Source of the DNA: an uncultured Verrucomicrobiae bacterium
Lineage (GTDB): Bacteria; Verrucomicrobiota; Verrucomicrobiia; Chthoniobacterales; UBA10450
Direction of reading: 5' to 3'
Length of the DNA stretch: 64,000 nucleotides
Assembly (NCBI GenBank): GCA_963726745.1
Contig: CAVSDR010000004.1
Coordinates: forward strand, 1-64,000
Every line of letters begins with the position of its first letter. Within the stretch, counting starts at the first letter, position 1. Below are positions 56,045-64,000 of the stretch, one piece after another. The notes under the pieces are model-generated. The model searched no databases. It was not told where the DNA came from and saw only the letters and a list, made by a program, of their open reading frames with translations. Position numbers and translations under genes: made by a program.

Positions 56045-58504
56045 TTACTCCATGCGCAGAGCGATGATGGGATCGACCCGGGCGGCGCGGCGCGCAGGCA
56101 ACCAGGAGGCAATGAGGGCCACCAGCGAAACCAAGAGAACGATTCCGATGAAGGTGAAGGGATCGAAGGCGCCGACGCCAAAGAGCAGGCTGCTGAGCAG
56201 GCGAGTCGCGGCGAAAGCGCAGGCTAAACCGATCGCAAGGCTGATGGCCACGAGCGTCATAGCCTGTCCGACGATGAGGCGGAAGATGGAGCCCTGCTCG
56301 GCCCCAAGAGCCATGCGGATGCCGATTTCGTTCGTCCGCTGCGCGACCGAATAAGCGAGCACGCCGTAGATGCCAATGGCGGTCAGGAGTAGGGCGACGC
56401 CGGCAAAAATCGAGAGCAGCAGCGCATTGAAGCGGGGCCGCGCGAGGGTGCGGGCGAGGTATTCATTGAAGACACGCACCCGCGTGAGCGGAATGTTGTG
56501 ATCGAGCGCGGCGACTTCCGCGCGCACCGCAGCGAGGAGCGTGGCGGGATCGGAAACGCTGGTGCGCAGAACGAGCGTGGGCGAGCCGACCGGGATCTGC
56601 GTTTGCGGCAGATACATTTCCGGGGTGTCGGCGCGGTTCAAAGACTGGTGCTTCACGTTCCCGACCACGCCGACGATTTCGCGCATGGCGGGCTGGTCGT
56701 TGCCCGAGCTAAAGCCGGGCCGGATGCGCTTCCCAATCACGTCCTGGCCGGGGAAGAATTTCTGCGCGAAGCGCTCGTTTACGATCGCCACCGGCGCGGA
56801 ATCGAGCCGATCGCGCTCATTGAAGACGCGGCCCTGTCGCAAGGGAATCCCCATGGTGGCGAAGTAGTCGCTTCCGGCCAGTCGCGCCGGCGCATCCGCC
56901 TGCTGGCCCTCGGGCAAGGGGCGCTCCTCGATATCGAAGGAGGTGACCATGTTGCTGCCACTGAGCGGCAGCGGCAGGATCGTGCTGGCCGCCTCGACGC
57001 CGGGGAGCGCGCGCAGGCGCGGCATGAGCTGGTCGAAGAATGCATTCACGTTTTCGTTCTTGGGATAGGCGATCTCTGGCAATCCGATGCGTGCCGTCAG
57101 GAGATGGCCGGGGCGCATTCCGGGGTCGACCCGGCCCAGACGCGCAAAGCTTTGAATGAGCAGGCCGGCGCAAATCAAGAGCACGAGAGCAAGGGCCACC
57201 TCGGCCATCACGAGCGCGTTGCGCAGCCGGCCTTTTCGTTCGCCGCCGCCGCCCGCGCGCGAGCCGGATTTCAGCGAGGTGTTCAGGTCGACGCGCGAAG
57301 CCTGCCAGGCAGGCACGAGGCCGAAGAGCACCCCGGTTATCAGCGAAACGAGAAGGGTAAAGCCGAGGACCGCGCCATCCAGCCGGATATTGCCGACGCG
57401 CGGGATATTCTGCGGGATGGCGGCCACGAGGGCCTCGGTGCCCCACAGCGCAAGCAGTAATCCCAGCACGCCGCCAAGGCCTGCGAGCAGGATGCTTTCC
57501 GTGAGCAGCTGCCGCACGAGCCGGCTGCGGCTTGCTCCCAAGGCGGCACGCAGGGCGATCTCTTTCCCACGCACAGAAGCGCGCGCCAGGAGGAGGTTAG
57601 CGACGTTGGCATTGGCAATGAGAAGAACACAAAGGACGGCACCAAAAAGGACGTAGAGCGCCGTCCGCACATCTCCGACGAGGTCGTCGCGTAGCGGCTT
57701 CATCTTGACTCCGAAATACGAATTGGTATCCGGGTATTGCCGCTCGAGCGCGGCGGCGATCGCGTCCAGGTCGGCTTGCGCCTGTGCCATCGTCACGCCC
57801 GGTTGCAAACGCGCGACGCCGTTCGCGCTGTGGTTTCCGCGCTGTTCCGTATTCGGCTTCGAGCCCTCAGACGTCATCGCTTCCTCGGCGATGGTCACAT
57901 AAACGTCGATCGACTCGCTTTGGATGGGAAATTGAAAGCCGGCCGGCAGGACGCCGATGACCGTGAAGTTGCGCCGGTCCATCTGCAGGATCTGCCCAAG
58001 GATCTCGGGATTGCCGGCAAATTGCTGTTTCCAAAAGGCGTGGCTGAGGATCACTTTCAGCCCTCCCGGGCCGCCCCCAGCCTGCTCATCGACGCGGTGA
58101 AAAGCGCGCCCAAGGATGGGCTTGATCCCGAGAACGTCGAAGAACTCGCCGCTCACGACTTCGCCCCGAACACTTTTCGCTTCCTGATTCGTCGCCAGCG
58201 CCAATCCGCGGTCCCGGTAAAGCGCGATTCCGGCGAGCGCGCGGTTCTGCTCGCGAAAATCGAAAAAATCCGGGTAGGAAAACGAAGAAAGATCCACCGC
58301 GGACTTCTGCCGTGTGTCCGTCATGCCCACTGCGACGAGCGCCTCGGGTTGCGGAAAAGGCAGCGGCTTCAGGAGAACCGCGTCGACCACACTGAAGATG
58401 GCGGTGTTGGCGCCAATGCCGAGGGCAAGCGTTAGGATGGCGACGAAGGTGAAGCCAGGATTCTTGAGCAACTGCCGAATGCCATAGCGGATGTCGGTAA
58501 GCAT
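56045..58504 (-). CDS. ADOP-type duplicated ABC permease (1st)
   Basis: Same motifs. Confidence 0.93.
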   Translation of the reverse strand: MLTDIRYGIRQLLKNPGFTFVAILTLALGIGANTAIFSVVDAVLLKPLPFPQPEALVAVGMTDTRQKSAVDLSSFSYPDFFDFREQNRALAGIALYRDRGLALATNQEAKSVRGEVVSGEFFDVLGIKPILGRAFHRVDEQAGGGPGGLKVILSHAFWKQQFAGNPEILGQILQMDRRNFTVIGVLPAGFQFPIQSESIDVYVTIAEEAMTSEGSKPNTEQRGNHSANGVARLQPGVTMAQAQADLDAIAAALERQYPDTNSYFGVKMKPLRDDLVGDVRTALYVLFGAVLCVLLIANANVANLLLARASVRGKEIALRAALGASRSRLVRQLLTESILLAGLGGVLGLLLALWGTEALVAAIPQNIPRVGNIRLDGAVLGFTLLVSLITGVLFGLVPAWQASRVDLNTSLKSGSRAGGGGERKGRLRNALVMAEVALALVLLICAGLLIQSFARLGRVDPGMRPGHLLTARIGLPEIAYPKNENVNAFFDQLMPRLRALPGVEAASTILPLPLSGSNMVTSFDIEERPLPEGQQADAPARLAGSDYFATMGIPLRQGRVFNERDRLDSAPVAIVNERFAQKFFPGQDVIGKRIRPGFSSGNDQPAMREIVGVVGNVKHQSLNRADTPEMYLPQTQIPVGSPTLVLRTSVSDPATLLAAVRAEVAALDHNIPLTRVRVFNEYLARTLARPRFNALLLSIFAGVALLLTAIGIYGVLAYSVAQRTNEIGIRMALGAEQGSIFRLIVGQAMTLVAISLAIGLACAFAATRLLSSLLFGVGAFDPFTFIGIVLLVSLVALIASWLPARRAARVDPIIALRME

Positions 58505-58584
58505 GAGGGTCTAGTCAGGAGGTTCAACAGGGCACAATCAGAGTCTTCTCATGGCAGCTGACTTTGCCGTTAAGGCCAAGGCTT

Positions 58585-58600
58585 TGCAGGCCTCGTGCCA
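58585..58600 (-). promoter_or_regulatory. Sigma-54 -24/-12 promoter of the permease array
   Basis: Minus strand TGGCACGAGGCCTGCA (GG-N10-GC), about 80 bp upstream of the first start codon. Confidence 0.65.
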
Positions 58601-58794
58601 TCGTCAAAACCGAGTTCTAAATAACTTGCAGAGAGCCATTTAAGTATATCGTCGAAATCCCAGCTCGTCGCTTCGTTTCCCGCCATCGGGATTCAGTCGT
58701 CCCGTATCCGAATTTCTGATTCCCGATCAAGTCCTCCAACTCCAACCCCGTCCAAGCACTCTTGCCGCAGTTCCTATCGGGGCCGCACCGGTAC

Positions 58795-58830
58795 AAAAAA
58801 AACCGGGCGGGGAATTGCTTCCCCGCCCGG
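58795..58830 (-). terminator. Rho-independent terminator
   Basis: 12-bp stem CCGGGCGGGGAA/TTCCCCGCCCGG followed by T8 on the minus strand. Confidence 0.9.
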
Positions 58831-58856
58831 CAGATTCGATTTCGTGAAGTGTTGGC

Positions 58857-59435
58857 TTAGGCCTTGGCGAGCTTGCGGCGGAGACCTTCGACCGCAATCA
58901 AGCCGACGCCAAGGAGCACAAGGGCGGTGCCGCCTTCAGGAGTCGCAGCGGTGCTCGCCGCGAAGCTAAAGGTCGCGCTTCCGCCGCCACCACCCGTAGG
59001 GATGGTGAAGCTCCAGGTTCCGGGCGTATCGGTGAAGCCGGCCTTCTTGATGACGCCGATACCAGTGACGTTAAGAAACGTGCTGTTCTGCATCACCACC
59101 GAAGAGGAGATCAGGTTGAAGGTGAAGCCGCCCACCGCGGTCGTCCAGAACGGGGTAATAGGCACCACCGTGTTGAAGTTCCAAGGAGCGGTAAACGTCA
59201 CTGCACTGCCTTGAGTGGCCGCGGTGAAGTCGCCCGTATTACCGAAACCAACCACCGGGCTAAGCCAGGCGGTCACTTTGGTCGCGGTTGCGAGGTTGCT
59301 GTTATCCAAGGTCACGCCGCCGCTGAAATTAATTTCACCGGTGATCGGGACAGCCTGCACGCTGGTTTGGAAGGCGGTGCAGGCGAGAAGAGCGACCGCG
59401 AGAGCGGCCATCAGAGTTTTAGTGGGATTTTTCAT
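58857..59435 (-). CDS. VPDSG/PEP-CTERM-type sorted surface protein
   Basis: Signal peptide, Thr/Ser-rich body, C-terminal TPEGG + TM helix + RRK. Confidence 0.88.
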   Translation of the reverse strand: MKNPTKTLMAALAVALLACTAFQTSVQAVPITGEINFSGGVTLDNSNLATATKVTAWLSPVVGFGNTGDFTAATQGSAVTFTAPWNFNTVVPITPFWTTAVGGFTFNLISSSVVMQNSTFLNVTGIGVIKKAGFTDTPGTWSFTIPTGGGGGSATFSFAASTAATPEGGTALVLLGVGLIAVEGLRRKLAKA

Positions 59436-59508
59436 AGCTTGTTTGGTTGTATGTTCACGAACCGAACCTTGTTTCTGCGGGGACTCGGTTACAGTCATGT
59501 TCCCAAAT

Positions 59509-59524
59509 AGCAGAGGGGATGCCA
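59509..59524 (-). promoter_or_regulatory. Sigma-54 -24/-12 promoter
   Basis: Minus strand TGGCATCCCCTCTGCT (GG-N10-GC) upstream of the PEP-CTERM-type gene. Confidence 0.6.
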
Positions 59525-59676
59525 ACGTGGCGGAGTGAAACATTAAGTCTCTCATTAGCAGCAGTTTAACCGTTTAAAATTCTTTTCGCTCTTACGGCAA
59601 CCAGAGAGCATTCGTAAAACTTTCCGACGTTCTCGTCCTATCAGCCTTGTGGCGCCGTTGCGAGCCGCGCTTCCAT

Positions 59677-60783
59677 TTATCTCCGGGAGAGCCGCACAAA
59701 TAGCCAAAGCCCGAGTCCCACAAACAGCACATTGGGGATCCAGACCAAAAGTTCCGGATGCATCGCCGGCTTCGCCCGAAGCGTGTCGGCCGCGATCACG
59801 AACAAAAAGTAGGCAAACGCAACGACCAGGCTGATCAGGAAACCCATAGAGGTCTCCCGCCGATGGGCCGTGATCCCAAGCGGCACGGCCATCAGCGCGA
59901 AGGCCACACAGGAAAATGGGAAGGAGAATCGCTTGCTGATTTCGGTGCGACTGGCACTGGCTGCGCCTTGATCGCCGCTCCGGAGTTGCTCGATTAATTG
60001 CTCGAGCGACAAAGTCGACCGGCTGGTTCGGCGTTTCTCTTTCAAATATAGCTCCTCGAGGCTGATCGGCAGCGTGCCTTCCTCCATATTGATCCCGTCC
60101 TTGATCTTCCGCAGGTCAAACGGGTCGCGCTCGTCGCGCTGCTGGTAACGCGCGTCGTAGAGGTGCATCAAGAGGCGCTGATTCGGCAAGTCCGCCTCCA
60201 GGGTGCCAGTGCGGGCGTGCGTAACCCGGATGGGCATGGCGTCGACGTTCATCTCGAAGACGATGATGTTCTCGAGCTTGTTCCCCTCCTTTTTCCCAAC
60301 GTAAATTTTCCGGCCCGGGAACTGGTCGATCACCTGGTCGCTCCCGAAAAGAGCCATCGGGTTGCGCGTCGCCAGGTTGAAGATCGTGCTGCGTAATTTT
60401 AGCTGCGCCGCGGGGGCCACGACCACGTTCAACCAGAGCGAAATACCGGTGCAGACGGCCGCGATCACACCCAGAGAAACGCACAGCCGCGGAATGCTCA
60501 CCCCGGTCGCCCGGAGCGCGACCAACTCGTTCTCGGCCGAGAGTCGTCCGAAGACCAGCAGGATCGCGGTCAGCAGTCCCCACGGAATCGTAAAGATGAG
60601 CGAAAACGGCAGCACATACGCGATGAACGTCACCAAATACTCCATCGGCACGTCGTGGTTCACCAGCAGCGGCAACAACCGCCGGAAGATGTTTCCCACC
60701 ACGAGCACCAGGCTGAGCACCGCGACGGCGAAGAGCAGGTTCACAATGAGCTCCCGGCTCATGTATCGATCGATCAGCTTCAC
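59677..60783 (-). CDS. LptF/LptG family permease
   Basis: IDRY, GRLSAENEL.ALRATGVS and WIPN motifs. Confidence 0.9.
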   Translation of the reverse strand: MKLIDRYMSRELIVNLLFAVAVLSLVLVVGNIFRRLLPLLVNHDVPMEYLVTFIAYVLPFSLIFTIPWGLLTAILLVFGRLSAENELVALRATGVSIPRLCVSLGVIAAVCTGISLWLNVVVAPAAQLKLRSTIFNLATRNPMALFGSDQVIDQFPGRKIYVGKKEGNKLENIIVFEMNVDAMPIRVTHARTGTLEADLPNQRLLMHLYDARYQQRDERDPFDLRKIKDGINMEEGTLPISLEELYLKEKRRTSRSTLSLEQLIEQLRSGDQGAASASRTEISKRFSFPFSCVAFALMAVPLGITAHRRETSMGFLISLVVAFAYFLFVIAADTLRAKPAMHPELLVWIPNVLFVGLGLWLFVRLSRR

Positions 60784-60837
60784 GCGCCGTCACCTCTCCA
60801 CGCGAAGTCTAGCGGCGACAAATGCAAAACGTGCATA

Positions 60838-61389
60838 CTAATGCCGGCGGCCTTTCGCAGGGGCCGGCGTGGGCGAAGAGGGAGCCGTGGGGGAAGGCGT
60901 CGCTGCCGGCGTAGGCGTGGGCGGCGGCTGCCAGGTCCAGTTGATCGCGTCGATCAGCCAAAGCACGCCCGGATGCGAGATCTGCAATTCGAGAAAGCCC
61001 GGCCCGGTGGGCGTGGCTACCTCCGCGACGAAGCGCCCGGTCGGCTCGCTGAACTGGCTGACGAAATTAACCTGCCCTTTCACCCGGAAGTCCGGCCGCG
61101 CCGGGCCCGGCTCGCGGATGCTCTCCAGCAAGCGCATTCGCCAGGACGGCGGGTAGAGCACCTGGGCCCGCGGCGAAAGGTGAAAGCCGAGAAAGTGCGC
61201 ATCCTGCTGGAGCACGATTCGACGCGTGGCCTCCTCGGCAAAGGCGCGGCCTTCCTGCTCGCGTTGCGCCCGATGCTTTTTTAAATACCACCAGCCGCCA
61301 CCGAGCACGGCCAGCACCACTAGGAGGAGGATGATCACCGAGCCGCCTTCGCCGCGAAAACCGCTCGCCGCCTGCCGAGGTCGACGCAT
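60838..61389 (-). CDS. Hypothetical membrane-anchored protein
   Basis: One TM helix and a Pro/Thr-rich tail; start uncertain. Confidence 0.65.
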   Translation of the reverse strand: MRRPRQAASGFRGEGGSVIILLLVVLAVLGGGWWYLKKHRAQREQEGRAFAEEATRRIVLQQDAHFLGFHLSPRAQVLYPPSWRMRLLESIREPGPARPDFRVKGQVNFVSQFSEPTGRFVAEVATPTGPGFLELQISHPGVLWLIDAINWTWQPPPTPTPAATPSPTAPSSPTPAPAKGRRH

Positions 61390-61471
61390 GCGGGAACGAG
61401 CACACCAGCTTCGCCGCTCGTTAGCCAGCCGCATTTTGCTTCGGGCGCTTCTTTGCTACCTTCCTCGCGGA

Positions 61472-62758
61472 ATGTCGGAAACGCTTTACGATGTCGCGAT
61501 CATTGGCGGCGGCCCTGCCGGGAGCACCGCCGCGGCTTTGCTTGCGCAATACGGTCGCCGCGTCGTGGTGCTCGAGCGCGAGCGATTCCCCCGCTTCCAC
61601 ATCGGCGAATCGCTCCTGCCCTTCAGCATGAAGGCGTTCACCCGTCTGGGCCTGCACGAGAAATTCCGGCGTGCTGGTTTCATCGAGAAATTTGGCGGCG
61701 AGATCCTCGGTGCCTGCAGCCAGGAAGGCGAAGGAGTAAAGTTCTACTTCGAGGATGGTTTTCGCGCCCAAACGGATCGTTCTTATCAAGTCACGCGCGC
61801 CGAGTTCGATAAAGTACTGCTGGATCACGCCGCCGAACTCGGTGCGGAAGTGCGCGAGGAAAGCACGGTCGCGGCGATCGATTTCGGCGCCGAGGAAGTG
61901 CGGTTGACCGTGAACCAAACTGAGACCGTCCGCGCGCGTTACCTGATCGACGCCAGCGGTCGAAATTCCCTCGTCGGCGCGAAGTTCAAGCTCAAGAAAA
62001 GCTACCCGCAGCTGCAGAAAATCTCCCTCTTCGCGCACTACGAAGGCGTGGTCCGCGATGCCGGCCGCGATGGCACCCTCACCCGCATGGTCCGCGCGAG
62101 CGATCGCTGGTTTTGGATGATCCCGCTCAAGGACGGCCGCACCAGCATCGGCGTCGTTTTGGATGCAGCCGTCTATAAGCGCAGTGGCCAAAGCCCGGAG
62201 GCATTCCTCACCGAGGCGGTGGCGGCGCAGCCCCTCCTGGCCGATCGCATGGAGGCGGCGCATCGCGTCGGGCCGGTGAGCACCGCGGCCGATTTTTCGT
62301 ATCGCAACGACCGCCTCACTGGCGACCGCTGGATGCTTGCGGGCGATGCCGCGGGCTTCATCGATCCGGTCTTCAGCAGCGGCGTTTTCCTGGCTATTCT
62401 CGGCGGCGAACAGGCGGCCGATGCGCTCCACATCGTGCTGTCTAAACCGGCGCGCCGCCGCCGGCTTTTCGCGCGCTACGCGCGCACCCTGCACCGCGCG
62501 ATGGATGTTTACCTGCGCTTCGTCGAAGCGTGGTATTCGAAGGAATTCATCGAGGTTTTCCTCAACCCGCAGGACGTCCTGCAAATCCCCCCCGCCGTCA
62601 ACGCCGTCCTCGGCGGCAACGCCGGCACCAGTTGGCCGATCCGCTGGCGCATGGAAATCTTCTATCTGCTTGTGCGCCTTCAGAAATACTTCCCGCTCTC
62701 GCCCCGCCGCACCCTCGTGCCCGCCGCGCGCCGCGAGCGCGCACTCGCCGCCGCCTGA
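61472..62758 (+). CDS. FAD-dependent oxidoreductase, flavin halogenase-like
   Basis: GGGPAGS, FPRFHIGESL, WFWMIP and GDAAGFIDPVFSSG motifs. Confidence 0.88.
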   Translation: MSETLYDVAIIGGGPAGSTAAALLAQYGRRVVVLERERFPRFHIGESLLPFSMKAFTRLGLHEKFRRAGFIEKFGGEILGACSQEGEGVKFYFEDGFRAQTDRSYQVTRAEFDKVLLDHAAELGAEVREESTVAAIDFGAEEVRLTVNQTETVRARYLIDASGRNSLVGAKFKLKKSYPQLQKISLFAHYEGVVRDAGRDGTLTRMVRASDRWFWMIPLKDGRTSIGVVLDAAVYKRSGQSPEAFLTEAVAAQPLLADRMEAAHRVGPVSTAADFSYRNDRLTGDRWMLAGDAAGFIDPVFSSGVFLAILGGEQAADALHIVLSKPARRRRLFARYARTLHRAMDVYLRFVEAWYSKEFIEVFLNPQDVLQIPPAVNAVLGGNAGTSWPIRWRMEIFYLLVRLQKYFPLSPRRTLVPAARRERALAAA

Positions 62759-62762
62759 TCCT

Positions 62763-63170
62763 ATGCGTCTCTTTTGCCTCCTGCTCGTCGTCCTCGGCCT
62801 AACGAGTTGCGCCGTCACTTCCAGCCATCAGTTCGCGGCGCCCGGCGCGCAGTGGCAGACCCGCGCCGGCCAGCTCGCTTATCGCAGCCCCAAGATCTCG
62901 CTCATCGGCGACGTGCTCGTGCGTTTCTCCGCTGCCGGCGACATGGAGCTGCGCTTCAGTAAAGCCCCCGGCCTCACGCTCATGACCATTCGGCAGGATG
63001 CGAATTTCGGCAGCGCCGAAGGTCCCCTCGCCCGCGGGAAATGGGCCGGCCCGCTCACGACCGCGCCACCACGTCTGCGCGGCTGGTTTGCGCTCCGCGA
63101 AAAAATCCTCGCCGGCCAGGCCGCGGTGCAACTTCAAAGCGGCGGCGAAAGCTTCAATCTCCGCTTTTGA
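62763..63170 (+). CDS. Lipoprotein
   Basis: Lipobox LTSC. Confidence 0.75.
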   Translation: MRLFCLLLVVLGLTSCAVTSSHQFAAPGAQWQTRAGQLAYRSPKISLIGDVLVRFSAAGDMELRFSKAPGLTLMTIRQDANFGSAEGPLARGKWAGPLTTAPPRLRGWFALREKILAGQAAVQLQSGGESFNLRF

Positions 63171-63218
63171 CCCCTGCGGCGGGAGACGCGAGCTTCGCGC
63201 CTTCGCCCCGCTTTTCGC

Positions 63219-64000
63219 ATGCCGCTTCACACAACCATCAGCCGACTCGTCACCGAACGACGCGGCCTGGTCTGGCTGGGCGTTCTCCTAATCATCGGCG
63301 CCTCGCTCTTCATCCTCGTCACCCGGATGAAGCTCGACACCGAGGTGCTCAATCTCCTTCCCTCCGGCTTCGAATCGGTCGAAGGCCTGAAGATTTACAA
63401 TCGGGACTTTGCGCAGGTGCGCGAGCTCACCTTCGCGCTTGTCGCGCGCCCGGAGGATGCCGACAAGCTCGAGGAATTCGCCCCGCAATTTGCCGACGCT
63501 TTGCGCGCCCAGCCTTGGTGCACCCGTGTGCTCGCGGGCGCGCCGATTGAAACGCCCGAAGGCATTCGCGACTTGCAGGCCATCGCCGTGCCGCTCCTGC
63601 TCAATCTTGAGCCGGGGGCCTTCAAGGAAACGATCGCGCTGCTGGAGCCGGTGAAGATCCAGGAGCGGCTCGCGCGCTTGCACCAGGAGATCGAGGCTGG
63701 ATCGCCGCGCCCGCAGTTTGAGCTCTCGTTAGACCCGCTCGGGGTGATCGCGCCCGCGCTCAAGCCTTTCGCGAGCAACGCCGCGATCGAGGAGGACCAG
63801 CCGCTCACCTCTCCCGATCGCACCATGCGCGTCTTCCTCACGGTCACGAATCAACCCACGATCAGCGCCTTCGATTGCCAGGCCTTGATGGAACAAGTGA
63901 ACGCCTTTCGCGCCCGCGCGAGCGAGGGCTGGGAAGGCGGCCCGCTCGAGATCCTGGTCACCGGCCGCTCCGCTTACGTCGCGGAGATTTCGCTCAGCAT
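63219..64000 (+). CDS. MMPL family transporter (3' partial)
   Basis: MPLHTT... followed by a TM helix and KLDTEVLNLLP; the frame is open to the window end. Confidence 0.75.
   Translation, partial: MPLHTTISRLVTERRGLVWLGVLLIIGASLFILVTRMKLDTEVLNLLPSGFESVEGLKIYNRDFAQVRELTFALVARPEDADKLEEFAPQFADALRAQPWCTRVLAGAPIETPEGIRDLQAIAVPLLLNLEPGAFKETIALLEPVKIQERLARLHQEIEAGSPRPQFELSLDPLGVIAPALKPFASNAAIEEDQPLTSPDRTMRVFLTVTNQPTISAFDCQALMEQVNAFRARASEGWEGGPLEILVTGRSAYVAEISLS

Overview
This is a GC-rich (roughly 65-67% by eye) chromosomal window, most likely from a soil Verrucomicrobiota (Chthoniobacterales/Spartobacteria-like) genome. That assignment is inferred from a VPDSG/PEP-CTERM protein, C-terminal F[FY][RK]VE tails and an expanded family of ADOP-type permeases. 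It holds about 55 ordinary genes: secreted kelch/PA14 and S8 proteins, transporters, serine hydrolases, a DEAD-box helicase, pepE, solA, mntH/mntR, a stand-alone rpsN, six tandem MacB/FtsX-duplicated ABC permeases, an LptF/G permease and an MMPL transporter. Several are broken by single frameshifts that look like read errors. The strongest unexplained signal is a non-palindromic 10-mer, GCCTAACGAG/CTCGTTAGGC. By manual count it has 20 perfect and about 27 near-perfect copies on both strands, mostly inside genes, in several reading frames and using rare codons, which resembles a DNA-uptake-sequence-like or protein-binding signal. The same 10-mer forms the R' recombination end of a cluster of three degenerate integron attC-like sites (24532-25438). 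That cluster carries two small membrane-protein cassettes and has no integrase in the window.
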